Positions 12,401-27,400 of a stretch of DNA of 64,000 nucleotides are shown here, piece by piece; within the stretch, counting starts at the first letter, position 1; each line of letters opens with the position of its first letter. The position numbers and the translations under genes are program-made. The stretch spans positions 70,305,717 through 70,369,716 of the forward strand of contig NC_092380.1 in NCBI RefSeq assembly GCF_030028105.1. Reading direction: 5' to 3'. The notes beneath the pieces are model-generated. The model made no database searches. It had not been told where the DNA came from and was given only the letters and a program-made list of their open reading frames with translations. This DNA comes from Mobula birostris. Taxonomy: Eukaryota.

Positions 12401-15400
12401 ATGCTCATATTTCATCGTAAGGTGCCAAAGAGTCTGGAAATGCGTACCCCACTGATTTTCACTCATCTGATCAGGAGAAATAAGAGTTATACAAATGACA
12501 GAAAAAGTTCATTTTTGCAAAGCTTAATCTGATCTGTATTTGGTTTTTTGAGTGTACTTTTATCATCTAAAGAACTGTGGAAATTTATTTGATTTGGGCA
12601 TCCAGGAAATGAAGGTGGCAGACTGACAGAAAATTGAAATGGGCTGGCAGTTTGTAGACAACAGCTCAAATTCACAATTCCAAATACTAATGATTGTCTC
12701 GTGTAATAATGTAAAAATCCACATTGATCTAATGATGGACTTCAAGTAAAACATATCCAGTTCAGGAACTTCCCACAATGAACACTTCACCTTCAATTTT
12801 TTCTTTACTGCTGCCATCTTTCTCAGAGATACAGTCTGTAGGTAAAAAAGAAAGTAGTTTAAGAAAACTTCAGATTCGTCCAATCAAATTGACTCTTGTA
12901 AATTTCAAACATTAATTATTTCATCCAACCATATGTTAAACAACTCCAACCACTTAGAATTATTTATTCATGGCATAGGAAAAAAACGCTCCGTTTCAGG
13001 CAATATGAGGTTTGATATGAAGTAAATAGTTAAATTAATATTCTGTTAAGTTTAAAATAAATGATCATGTCATCTAAAATTTATTTAGACTTTATTTAAA
13101 ACTTTATTGAAATATGCCTCATGAACAGACTGGTGCTCTGCATTGCTCCCTGTTACAAGTGATGATGAGGACCTACAAGTACCTGGCGGTGCACCTGGAT
13201 GACAGACTTGAGTGGAGTGCCAACACAGCGGCTGTGTCCTGGAAGGGCCAGAGTCACCTCTACCTCTTGAGAAGACTAAGGCCCTTTGGAATATGCTGGC
13301 GTCTCTTTCACCTATTCTAACAGTCTAATGTCACCAGTACAACCTTCCATGCAGTGGTGTGCTGGGGCAATGGCATCAACACGGATGATGCCAACAGGCT
13401 CAATAAACAATAAAATTTAACATTGAATATCTCCTCTTAATGATCTCTAGTTTTTCCATTCCCTTGTTGGGAAAAAGATTCATACATTCATCCTGACTAT
13501 GCCCCATATGATATTATACACCTCTTGGATCACCTCTCAGTTTCCAATACACCACAAATGAAGTCCTAACCTGCTCAGCCTCTCCCTATAACTCACCCCC
13601 TTGAGTCCTGGCAACATTCTCATGAATCTGCTTTGCAATCTTTCCAGCCAATGTTATATTTTCTATAAGAGAGTAAATAAAGCTGTGCACAATACTCCAT
13701 GTGCAGCATTACCAACATCTTGTACAAGTGTAATGCAATGCCCTAGCCCTCTACATTCAATGCTCTAATGAAGGGTACCATGCCAAATATGCCTTCTTAT
13801 TCACATATCAACCTGTTATGTTCTCATAGGGACATTAAAAATATCACATCCACTCTAACCACACTCATCTGGACTATGCTTCTCCTTTCTAGCTATTCTC
13901 AACACAGTGGCTCACATGCCAGTTTACTCGTCTTGCCTCGTCAGCATTTCATGATCTGAACCATACTCATTCTCTCCATCCCATTCACTAGAGAAGAGTG
14001 ATAGTGATAAGGGAGTTTATTTATCAATGCAGAAGTCACAAATACACATCAGATGAAAGTGTGGGATGCATGCTCGGCAAGATTCTTGACAACAGAGTCA
14101 GTACGTATTTCCTTGTGGAAGAGAAAGGAAGTGACCTTGTTTTAAATTGGAGGCCTAAAGTGATTACAAGCATTTTCAGGTCAGGAAGTTGGCACCAGAA
14201 TGTACCATAATAATATCCAGCCCACGTTAGACTATTTGAAGAGTGGACAACATGACAAAGCCACAAGGGAAAAGTAGCTCACCGTTAGGTGCTCAAGTGT
14301 TTGTTTGGAGATGGCTACTTCGTTGATATTTACTTATACGATCAGGAGAAACAGGTATATACAAATGACATGAGAAATTTAATTTTGTAAAGATTAATCA
14401 GATTGTATTTGGCTCTTTCAGTGTATTCTTGTCATCATCTAAAGATCAGTAGAAATTTACTGGATATGGACACCCAAGAAATGAAGGCAGCAGACTGACA
14501 AGAGTTTTGAAATGGACTGGCAGCTTGTATACAACAGCTTAAATTCACCATTCCAAATACCAATGCACATCTCATGTGCAATAATATAAGATTCTACCTT
14601 GACCCAATAATGTGTTTCAAGTAAACCATGTCCAGTTCAGGAACTTCCCAAAATGATCACTTTATTTTCATCTTTTGCTCTACTGCTGCCATTGGTATGT
14701 CGTGGGAGATGGAAGATCTCCGGCTATGTGCCCAGAGACCCGAGCTCTTTGGGCACAGAGCTCGGAAAAAGTTATGCAGTGGACTGTTAGCATCATAAAA
14801 TCAGAAAATTGTTTGTTATGTCTCCCCACTTGCAGTGAAACAGGGACACCTCTTTTTCCCTTGAGAGGGGGGGAGAGAGGGGGGGAGAGGGGGGGGAGGG
14901 GGGGGGGAGGGGGGGAGAGAGCGCGCGAGCGAGCCTGTGGTGTATCAATCTACCAGATGAACAAGTAGACTTTGGGGTACTGCAAGCCTGTGTTTTTATT
15001 GATGCTTTGCTGCACTTTTGAGTGCTTGGTGGAGGGTGCCAATGATTTTTTAGCTGGTGTGGGAAGGGGAATTGTCCCTTTGCTGCTGCTTATGTATGGG
15101 AGTAGGGAGCTGGGGGGGGGGTCTTTGGGGTTCTAACATTTAACTATCATTCATTCTCTGGGGCACTCCTCTGTTTTCACGGATGGTTGCAAAGAAAAAG
15201 AATTTCAGGATGTATATTGTATACATTTCTGACATTAAATGGACCCATGAAACCTTTAAAATCTTCCTTACAGTCAGAGTCTGTAGGTTAAAACAAAAAG
15301 TGGTTTAATAAAACCTGACATTAGTCAAATCAAATTAGCTCTTTAACTTTAAAACATGAATTATTTCATCTAACTACATGTTAAATTGTAACCACCTAAA

Positions 15401-18400
15401 ATTATCTATCCATAGCATTAGGAAAAAAAACACACCGTCTCAGTTAATAGGAGGTTTGATATGAAGTAAATGGTTAACGTTATATTTTGTTAAGTTTAAA
15501 ATAAATGATTACTGCATCTATAACAACTTTATTGAAATGTGTCACATGAACACACGAGTACTCTGCCCTACAACTGATGGTGAGCACATGGCTGTGCAGG
15601 GGATCTACAAGTCCATGGGGATGCACCTGGATGACAGTCTTGAGTGGAGCACCAACACAGAAGCGGTGTCCAAGAAGGGCCAGAGTTGCCTCTGCTTCTG
15701 GAGGAGATTTGAGGTCTTTTGCAGTATGCAGGCTTCTCCTTCACTCCTTCGACCACTCTGTTGTCACCAGTACAATCTTCTATGTGGTGGTGTGCTGGGG
15801 CAATGGCATCCACACGGGTGATGCCATCAGGCTCAATAAGCTGTTCAGAAAGGCTGGCTCTGTCATAGGAGTCTAACTGGACACACGGGAGGCTGTGGTA
15901 GAACAATGGACACTACGAAAAATCATGGCAATTCTGGACAATGATTCTCGCCCTCTATATGGCACCTTGGCTGAACGGAGGAGAATTTTTAGTAATAGAC
16001 TAAGACAACTGTGCTGTTCCAAGAGTGCTATATAAATTCATTCTACCTTCGGCCATTAGGATCAATAATGAGTCAGCTAGCAGCGGGTAGGTAATGACTC
16101 CCTCCTGTTAGACTGTTTGAAGTACCAGATTTTTTAAATTCTATTTCCCTTCTGATATTTATATCTGTGCACTTTTAATGCTACTCTGACACTGTAATTT
16201 CCTTTGGGATCAATAAAGTATCTATATCTGTCTAGTACAAGATCTCCCTTGAAGGCGTAATTTGAATTCTTTCCTCCTAACTTACTTTCTTCATGAACCA
16301 CCTCACATTTGATACAACTCCCATGATCTGATTCTGCTGGTATAAACTTCATGCTTGTAATTGATAAATTCAGACCATCTTCTGCAATCCCAGGATGACA
16401 TGTTTTTGCACCTTTCCATCTTTACATCATGTTACTTAGATTTTTGCAGGAAAATAGCCCTTCATGGAGATGCTAAATGTTGCAGACTTTTTACTTCGAA
16501 CTAGTTCCGGATCACTTTTAATATCAGATATCTCCTCTCAACTTAAACCTATGCTCTCGTTTTCAATTCCCTTTCATGGGAAAATGATTTGTGCATTCAC
16601 AATGGAGGCCTAAAGCAAATACAAGCATATTCAGGCATGGAAGTTGGCACCAGAATCTACCATGAAAATCTAGCCTAGGTTAGAATATTTGAAGAGTGGA
16701 CCACTGACAGAGCCGAAGGGAAAAGCACATGATCCTTCTACAAATGCTCATATTTCATCGTAAGGTGCCAAAGAGTCTGGAAATGCGTACCCCACTGATT
16801 TTCACTCATCTGATCAGGAGAAATAAGAGTTATACAAATGACAGAAAAAGTTCATTTTTGCAAAGCTTAATCTGATCTGTATTTGGTTTTTTGAGTGTAC
16901 TTTTATCATCTAAAGAACTGTGGAAATTTATTTGATTTGGGCATCCAGGAAATGAAGGTGGCAGACTGACAGAAAATTGAAATGGGCTGGCAGTTTGTAG
17001 ACAACAGCTCAAATTCACAACTCCAAATACTAATGATTGTCTCGTGTAATAATGTAAAAATCCACATTGATCTAATGATGGACTTCAAGTAAAACATATC
17101 CGGTTCAGGAACTTCCCACAATGAACACTTCACCTTCAATTTTTTCTTTACTGCTGCCATCTTTCTCAGAGATACAGTCTGTAGGTAAAAAAGAAAGTAG
17201 TTTAAGAAAACTTCAGATTCGTCCAATCAAATTGACTCTTGTAAATTTCAAACATTAATTATTTCATCCAACCATATGTTAAACAACTCCAACCACTTAG
17301 AATTATTTATTCATGGCATAGGAAAAAAACGCTCCGTTTCAGGCAATATGAGGTTTGATATGAAGTAAATAGTTAAATTAATATTCTGTTAAGTTTAAAA
17401 TAAATGATCATGTCATCTAAAATTTATTTAGACTTTATTTAAAACTTTATTGAAATATGCCTCATGAACAGACTGGTGCTCTGCATTGCTCCCTGTTACA
17501 AGTGATGATGAGGACCTACAAGTACCTGGCGGTGCACCTGGATGACAGACTTGAGTGGAGTGCCAACACAGCGGCTGTGTCCTGGAAGGGCCAGAGTCAC
17601 CTCTACCTCTTGAGAAGACTAAGGCCCTTTGGAATATGCTGGCGTCTCTTTCACCTATTCTAACAGTCTAATGTCACCAGTACAACCTTCCATGCAGTGG
17701 TGTGCTGGGGCAATGGCATCAACACGGATGATGCCAACAGGCTCAATAAACAATAAAATTTAACATTGAATATCTCCTCTTAATGATCTCTAGTTTTTCC
17801 ATTCCCTTGTTGGGAAAAAGATTCATACATTCATCCTGACTATGCCCCATATGATATTATACACCTCTTGGATCACCTCTCAGTTTCCAATACACCACAA
17901 ATGAAGTCCTAACCTGCTCAGCCTCTCCCTATAACTCACCCCCTTGAGTCCTGGCAACATTCTCATGAATCTGCTTTGCAATCTTTCCAACCAATGTTAT
18001 ATTTTCTATAAGAGAGTAAATAAAGCTGTGCACAATACTCTATGTGCAGCATTACCAACATCTTGTACAAATGTAATGCAATGCCCTAGCCCTCTACATT
18101 CAATGCTCTAATGAAGGGTACCATGCCAAATATGCCTTCTTATTCACATATCAACCTGTTATGTTCTCATAGGGACATTAAAAATATCATATCCACTCTA
18201 ACCACACTCATCTGGACTATGCTTCTCCTTTCTAGCTATTCTCAACACAGTGGCTCACATGCCAGTTTACTCGTCTTGCCTCGTCAGCATTTCATGATCT
18301 GAACCATACTCATTCTCTCCATCCCATTCACTAGAGAAGAGTGATAGTGATAAGGGAGTTTATTTATCAATGCAGAAGTCACAAATACACATCAGATGAA

Positions 18401-21400
18401 AGTGTGGGATGCATGCTCGGCAAGATTCTTGACAACAGAGTCAGTACGTATTTCCTTGTGGAAGAGAAAGGAAGTGACCTTGTTTTAAATTGGAGGCCTA
18501 AAGTGATTACAAGCATTTTCAGGTCAGGAAGTTGGCACCAGAATGTACCATAATAATATCCAGCCCACGTTAGACTATTTGAAGAGTGGACAACATGACA
18601 AAGCCACAAGGGAAAAGTAGCTCACCGTTAGGTGCTCAAGTGTTTGTTTGGAGATGGCTACTTCGTTGATATTTACTTATACGATCAGGAGAAACAGGTA
18701 TACAAATGACATGAGAAATTTAATTTTGTAAAGATTAATCAGATTGTATTTGGCTCTTTCAGTGTATTCTTGTCATCATCTAAAGATCAGTAGAAATTTA
18801 CTGGATATGGACACCCAAGAAATGAAGGCAGCAGACTGACAAGAGTTTTGAAATGGACTGGCAGCTTGTATACAACAGCTTAAATTCACCATTCCAAATA
18901 CCAATGCACATCTCATGTGCAATAATATAAGATTCTACCTTGACCCAATAATGTGTTTCAAGTAAACCATGTCCAGTTCAGGAACTTCCCAAAATGATCA
19001 CTTTATTTTCATCTTTTGCTCTATTGCTGCCATTGGTATGTCGTGGGAGATGGAAGATCTCCGGCTATGTGCCCAGAGACCCGAGCTCTTTGCGCACAGA
19101 GCTCGGAAAAAGTTATGCAGTGGACTGTTAGCATCATAAAATCAGAAGATTGTTTGTTATGTCTCCCCACTTGCAGTGAAACAGGGACATCTCTTTTTCC
19201 TTTGGGGNNNNNNNNNNNNNNNNNNNNNNNNNNNNNNNNNNNNNNNNNNNNNNNNNNNNNNNNNNNNNNNNNNNNNNNNNNNNNNNNNNNNNNNNNNNNN
19301 NNNNNNNNNNNNNNNNNNNNNNNNNNNNNNNNNNNNNNNNNNNNNNNNNNGGGGGGGAGAGAGAGCCTGTGGTGTATCAATCTACCAGATGAACCAGTAG
19401 ACTTTGGGGTACTGCAAGCCTGTGTTTTTATTGATGCTTTGCTGCACTTTTGAGTGCTTGGTGGAGGGCGCCAATGATTTTTTAGCTGGTGTGGGAAGGG
19501 GAATTGTCCCTTTGCTGCTGCTTATGCGTGGGAGTAGGGAGCTGGGGGGGGGGGTCTTTGGGGTTCTAACATCTAACTATCATTCATTCTCTGGGGCACT
19601 CCTCTGTTTTCACGGATGGTTGCAAAGAAAAAGAATTTCAGGATGTATATTGTATACATTTCTGACATTAAATGGACCCATGAAACCTTTAAAATCTTCC
19701 TTACAGTTGGAGTCTGTAGGTTAAAACAAAAAGTGGTTTAATAAAAACTGACATTAGTCAAATCAAATTAGCTCTTATAACTTTAAAACATGAATTATTT
19801 CATCTAACTACATGTTAAATTGTAACCACCTAAAATTATCTATCCATAGCATTGGGAAAAAAAACACACCGACTCAGTTAATAGGAGGTTTGATATGAAG
19901 TAAATGGTTAACGTTATAATTTGTTAAGTTTAAAATAAATGATTACTGCATCTATAACAACTTTATTGAAATGTGTCACATGAACACACGAGTACTCTGC
20001 CCTACAACTGATGGTGAGCACATGGCTGTGCAGGGGATCTACAAGTCCATGGGGATGCACCTGGATGACAGTCTTGAGTGGAGCACCAACACAGAAGCGG
20101 TGTCCAAGAAGGGCCAGAGTTGCCTCTGCTTCTGGAGGAGATTTGAGGTCTTTTGCAGTATGCAGGCTTCTCCTTCACTCCTTCGACCACTCTGTTGTCA
20201 CCAGTACAATCTTCTATGTGGTGGTGTGCTGGGGCAATGGCATCCACACAGGTGAGGCCATCAGGCTCAATAAGCTGTTCAGAAAGGCTGGCTCTGTCAT
20301 AGGAGTCTAACTGGACACACGGGAGGCTGTGGTAGAACAATGGACACTACGAAAAATCATGGCAATTCTGGACAATGATTCTCGCCCTCTATATGGCACC
20401 TTGGCTGAACGGAGGAGAATTTTTAGTAATAGACTAAGACAACTGTGCTGTTCCAAGAGTGCTATATAAATTCATTCTACCTTCGGCCATTAGGATCAAT
20501 AATGAGTCAGCTAGCAGCGGGTAGGTAATGACTCCCTCCTGTTAGACTGTTTGAAGTACCAGATTTTTTAAATTCGATTTCCCTTCTGATATTTATATAT
20601 GTGCACTTTTAATGCTACTCTGACACTGTAATTTCCTTTGGGGTCAATAAAGTATCTATATCTATCTAGTACAAGATCTCCCTTGAAGGCGTAATTTGAA
20701 TTCTTTCTTCCCAACTTTCTTTCCTCATGAACCACCTCACATTTGATACAACTCCCATGATCTGATTTTGCTGGTATAAACTTTATGCTTCTAATTGATA
20801 AATTCAGACCATCTTCTGCAAACTCAGGATGACCTGTTTTTGCGCCTTTCCATCTTTATATCATGTTACTTTGATTTTCGCAGGAAAATAGCCCTTCATG
20901 GAGATGCTAAATGTTGCAGGCTTTTTACCTTGAACTATTTCGGGATCACTTTTAATATCAGATATCTCCTCTCAACTTAAACCTGTGCTCTCTTGTTTTC
21001 AATTCCCTTTCAAGGGAAAATGATTTGTGCATTCACAACGGAGAACTAAAGCAATTACAACCATGTTCAGGCATGGAAGATGGCACCAGAATCTACCATG
21101 AAAATCTAGCCTAGGTTAGAATATTTGAAGAGTGGACCACTGACAGAGCCGAAGGGAAAAGCACATGATCCTTCTACAAATGCTCATATTTCACCATAAG
21201 GTGCCAAAGAGTCTGGAAATGAGAATCCCATTGATTTTTACTGATCTGATCAGGAGAAATAAGAGGTATACAAATGACAGAAAAAGTTCATTTCTGTAAA
21301 GCTTGATCTGATCTGTATTTGGTTTTTTGAGTGTACTTTTATCATCTAAAGAACTGTGGAAATTTATTTGATTTGGGCACCCAGGAAATGAAGGTGGCAG

Positions 21401-24400
21401 ACTGACAGAGAATTGAAATGGGCTGGCAGCTTGTAGACAACAGCTCAAATTCACAATTCCAAATACTAATGATTGTCTCATGTGTAATAATGTAAAATCC
21501 TACTTTGACCTAATGATGGACTTCAAGTAAAACATATCCAGTTCAGGAACTTCCCACAATGAACACTTTACCTTCAATTATTGCTTTACTGCTGCCATCT
21601 TTCTTAGAGGTATGGTCTGTAGGTAAAAAAGAAAGTAGTTTAAGAAAACTTCAGATTCGTCAAATCAAATTGCCTCTTGTAAATTTCAAACATTAATTAT
21701 TTCATCCAACCATATGTTAAACAACTCCAACCACCTAGAATTATTTATTCATTGCATAAGGAAAAAAACACTCCGTTTCAGTCAATTTGAGGTTTGATAT
21801 GAAGTAAATAATTAAGTTAATATTTTGTTAAGTTTAAAATAAGTGATCATGTCATCTAAAACAACTTCACACAGACTGGTGCTCTGCATTGCTCCCTGTT
21901 ACAATTGATGATGACGACCTACAAGTACCTGGGGGTGCACCTGGATGACAAACTTGAGTGGAGTGCCAACACAGAGGCTGTGTTCTGGAAGGGCCAGAGT
22001 CACCTCTACCTCTTGAGAAGACCAAGGCCCTTTGGAATATGCTGGCGTCTCTTTCACCTATTCTAACAGGCTAATGTCACCAGTACAACCTTCCATGCAG
22101 TGGTGTGCTGGGGCAATGGCAACAACACGGATGATGCCAACAGGCTCAATAAACTTCGTAGAAAGGCTGGCTCTGTTATAGAAGTCAAAGTGGATGCTGT
22201 GGTCGAACAAAAGACACTACAGAAAATCCTGGCAATTTTGGACAATGATTCTCATCTCTGTATGCCATCTTGGCAGAATGGAGAACTTTTAGTAACAGAC
22301 TAAGTTAACTGCGCTGCTCCAAACGGCACTATATCAGGACATTCGTACCCTTCGCCTCTAGTCGGGATAGTGATGATCCCCTCCTGTTATGCTGTTTAAG
22401 ATAACTTATTTTTAATTCCTTTGACTTCTGTTCTAATATTTATATCTGTGCACTTGTAATGCTACCGTGACACTGCAAGTTCCTTTGGGATCAATAAAGT
22501 ATCTATATTTATCAAGTACAAGTTCTCTCCCGAAGGTGTAATTTAAATTCTTTCTATTGAACTTTGTCTCTTTGTGAACCACCTCACATTTGATACAACT
22601 GCCATGATCTGTTTTTGCTGGTGTAAACTTTATGCTTGTAATTGATGAAATCAGACCTTCTTCTGCAATCTCACGGTGACCTGTTTTTGCGTCTTTCCAT
22701 CTTTCTACCATGTTACTTTGATTTTTGCAAGAACACAGCCATTCAAGATGCTAAATGTTGCAGGCTATTTAGCTTGAAGTAGTTCTGGATCACTTTTAAT
22801 ATCAGGTATCTCCTCTCAATGCTCCCTAGTTTTTGCATTCCCTTTGATGGGAAAAAGATTCATACATTAATCCTGACTATGCCCATATGATATTATACAC
22901 CTCCAGGATCACCTCTCAGTCTCCGATAAATGACAAATAAAATCCTAGCCTGTTCAGCCTCTCCTTATAACTCACCCCCTTGAGTCCTGGCAAAATTCTC
23001 ATAAATCTGCATTGTACTCTTTCCAGCCAATGTTACATTTTCTATAAGAGAGTAAACAAAACTGTGCATAATACTGCATGTGCAGCATTACCAACATCGT
23101 GTACAACTGTAATGCAATGCCCTAGCCGTATACATTCAATGTGCTGATGAAGGCCATCATGCCAAGTCTGCCTTCTTATTCACCTATCTACCTGTTATGT
23201 TCTCATAGGGACATTAAAAATATCATATCCACTCTAAACACACTCATCTGGACTATGCTTCTCCTTTCTAGCTATTCTCAACACAGTGGCTCACATGCCA
23301 GTTTACTCATCTTGCCTTGTCAGCATTTCAGGATCTGAACCATACTCATTCTCTCCATCCCATTCACTAGAGAAGAGCGATACAGTGATAAGGGAGTTTA
23401 TTTATCAATGCAGAAGTCACAAATACACATCAGATGAAAGTGTGGGATGCATGCTCGGCAAGATTCTTGACAACAGAGTCAGTACTTATTGCCCTGTGGA
23501 AGAGAAGGGAAGTGATCTTGTTTTAATTTGGAGGCCTAAAGTGATTACAAGCATGTTCAGGTAGAGAAGTTGTCACCAGAATCTACCATAAAAATCCAGC
23601 CCACGTTAGACTATTTGAAGAGTGGACGACATGACAAAGCCACAAGGGAAAAGTAGCTCACCGTTAGGTGCTCAAGTGTTTGTTTGGAGATGGCTACTTC
23701 ATTGACATTTACAGGAGAAACAGGAGGTACACAAATGACATGAGAAATTTAATTTTGTAAAGAATAATCAGATTGTATTTGGCTCTTTCAGTGTATTCTT
23801 GTCATCATCTAAAGATCAGTGGAAATTTACTGGATATGGACACCCAAGAGATGAAGGCAGCAGACTGACAGAGCATTGAAGTGGACTGGCAGCTTGTATA
23901 CAACAGCTTAAATTCACAATTCCAAGTACCAATGCACATCTCATGTGCAATAATATAAGTTTCTACTTTGACCCAATAATGTGTTTCAAGTAAACCATGT
24001 CCCTTTCAGGAACATCCCAAAATCATTACATTACCTTCATCTTTTGCTCTACTGCTGCCATTGGTATGTCGTGGGAGATGGAAGATCTCTGGCTATGTGC
24101 CCAGAGATCCGAGTTCTTTGGGCAGAGAGCTTGGAAAAAGTGACCCAACGGACTTTTAACATCATAAAATCAGAAAATTGTTTGTTATGTCTCCGCTCTC
24201 GCTGTGAAACAGGGACACCTCTTTTTTCCCTTATTGGGCAGAAAGAAAAAGCCTGTGGTATATCCAATTAGGTGAACGAGTAGAATTTGGGGTCCTGCAA
24301 GTCTGTATCTTTATCGATGCTTTGCTGCAAGCTTGAGTGTTCAGTGGAGGGGGCCGATGCTTCTTTTGCTGGTGGAGGAGGGGGGATCGCTGCTTTGCTG

Positions 24401-27400
24401 CTGCTTATGATTGAGAGTGGGGAGCTGGGGGGGGCTTTGGGGTTCTATCATTTAACTGTCATTCATTCTTTGGGGCACTCCTGTTTTCGTGGATGGTTAG
24501 AAGAAAAAGAATTTCAGGATGTATATGGTATACATTTCTCTGACATTAAACGTACCTTTTGAAAGGGAAGATCTTCTGGAACCTTTCATATGGGCAGAGT
24601 CAAAGTAAAAGCAGTTTAATAAAACCTGACATTAGTCAAATCAAATTAGCTCTTGAAATTTAAAACATTAATCATTTTACCTAAACAGATATTAAACTGT
24701 AACCACCTAGAATTATCTATCCACAGCATTAGGAAAAAACCACACTGTTTCAGTCAATGTGAGGTTGGATATGAAGTAAATGGTAAAATTAATATTATTT
24801 TTAAGTTTAAAATAACTGATCATTGCATCTCTAACAACTTTATTGAAATGTGTCACATGGACACACGAGTACTCTGCACTACAGTTGCTGATGAGGACGT
24901 GGCTGTGCTGAGGACCTACAAGTACCTGGGGGTGCACTTGGATAACAGACTTGAGTGGAGCACCAACACAGAGGCTTTGTCCAAGAAGGGCCAGAGTCCC
25001 CTCTACCTCTAGAGAAGACTAAGCTCCTTTGAAGTATATAGGCCTTCTTTTCACTTGTTCTAACAGTCTGCAGTGGCCAGTACAATCTTCTATGTGGTAG
25101 TGTGCTGGGGCAATGGCATCAACATGGGTGATGCCATCAGGCTCAATAAACTGTTCAGAAAGGCTGGCTCTATCATAGGAGTCTAAATGGATACACGTTT
25201 GACTGTGGTAGTACAATGGACACTATAAAGAATCATGGCAATTCTAGACAAGTACAAGTTCTCCCTTGAAGATGTAATTTGAATTCTTACTTTTGAAGTT
25301 TGTCTCTGTGTCAACAACCTCACATTTGATACAACTTCCATGATCTGTTTTTGCTGGTGTAAACTTTATGCTTGTAATTGATGAAATCAGACCTTCTTCT
25401 GAAATCTCACAATGACCTGTTTTTGCATCTTTCCATCTTTATACCACATTTTTATGCCACATATTATACACCTGTATGATCACCTCTCAGTCTCCGATAC
25501 TCCAATAAACGAAGCCCTAACTTGTTCAGCCTCTCCCTATACCTCACCTCCGAGTCCTGACACCATTCTCATCAATCTGCTGTGCACACTTTCCAGCCAA
25601 TGATATTATTTCTATGAGAAATATCATATCCACTCTTAACACACTCATCTGGACTATGCTTCTCCTTTCTAGCTATTCTCAACACAGTGGCTCACATGCT
25701 AGTTTACCCGTCTTGCCTTGTCAGCGTTTCATGATCTGAACCACACTCATTCCCTCCATCCCTTTCACTAGAGAAGAGCGATACAGTGATAAGGGAGTTT
25801 ATTTATCAAGGCAGAAGTCACAAATACACATCAGATGAAAGTGTGGGATTCATGCTCGACAAGATTCTTGACAACAGAGTCAGTATTTATTGACTTGTGG
25901 AAGAGAAGGGAAGTGATCTTGTTTTAATTCGGAGGCCTAAAGTGATTACAAGCATGTTCAGGTAGGGAAGTTGGCACCAGAATCTACCATAAAAATCTAG
26001 TCCACATTAGACTATTTGAAGAGTGGATGACATGACAAAGCCATGGCCTGTTCTTCATCAACTTATGGTATTGCTGCACTGTTGTAACTATATGTTATAA
26101 TTATGTGGTTTTTGTTAGTTTTTCAGTCTTGGTCTGTCCTGTATTTTCGTGATATCAAACTGGAGGAATATTGTATCATTTCTTAATGCATGCATTACTA
26201 AATGACAATAAAACAGGACTACGTGTCCTCAGAATCTGATCTAATATTTGAAGAGTTGACAACATGATGGAGCCTAAAGGGAAAAGTAGTTCGCCAGAAG
26301 GTGCTCAAGTGTCTGTTTGGAGATGACTACTTCATTGATACTTACATATATAATCAGGAGAAACAGCTGGTATACAAATGACGTGAGAAATTTAATTTTG
26401 TAAAGCTTAATCAGATCTATATTTGGCTGTTTCAGTGTATACTTGTTATCATCTACAGAACAGTGGAAGTTTATTGGATAGGGGCACCCAAGAAATGAGG
26501 CAGCAATCAGACAGGTCCATTAAAATGGGCTGGCAGCTTGCAGACAACAGTTCAAATTCACCATTCCAAATACTAATGCTTGTATCATGTGTAATAATCT
26601 AAAATTCTACTTTGCCCCAATAATGGATTTCAAGTAAATGAACACTTTACCTTCACTGTTGCTTCATCACTGCCATCTTCCTTGACAGCATTGTAAGGGG
26701 AAAATAGTAGTTTAATAAAACCCAACATTAGTCAAATCAAATTAGCTCTTAGAAATTTAAAACACTAATTATCTCATCTAACCAGACCTTAAACATCTCC
26801 ATCCTCCTAGAATCATCTATTCCCAGCATTAGAAAAAAATCCACACCAGTTTAGTCAATGGGAGGACTTGATATGAACTGAATGGTTCAATTAATATTGT
26901 GTTAAGTTTAACATAAATGATCACTGCATGTATTACTTTATTGAAATGAGTCACATGAACACACAAGCACTCTGCACTGCTCCCTGTTACAATTGATGGT
27001 GAGGATGTGGCTATGGAGTGGACAAAAGTGTGGGATACATGCTGAAAAAGATTATTGACACCAGAGTAGGGATTCACTGCTTCTTGGAAGAAAAGGGAAG
27101 TGATCCTGTTTCAACATGAATCCCTGAAGGATAAAATGCATGTTCAGGCACGGAAGGTGGCACTAGAATATACCATGAAAATCCAGTCCATGTTAGAATA
27201 CGTGAAGAGTGGACCACCTGACAGGGCCAAGGGAAAAGCACATGATCCTGCTACAGCTGCACATAGTTTACAGTAAGGTAGTGAAGTGTCTCTTTGGAGA
27301 GGACCACCTCTTTGATCTTTACTCATCTGATCAGACAAAGATAGGTGTTCAAATGACAGGGAAAAATTAAATTGTAAAGCTTAACTAGATCTGTATTTGG

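Larger units (their letters stand above)
10590..21900. repeat. Near-identical tandem duplication, period 4343 bp (about 2.5 copies)
   Basis: ORF-track twins are offset by exactly 4343 (11194/15537, 12487/16830, 13114/17457, 13768/18111). The third copy is offset by 4434 across the gap and diverges after about 20.7 kb. Confidence 0.93.
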
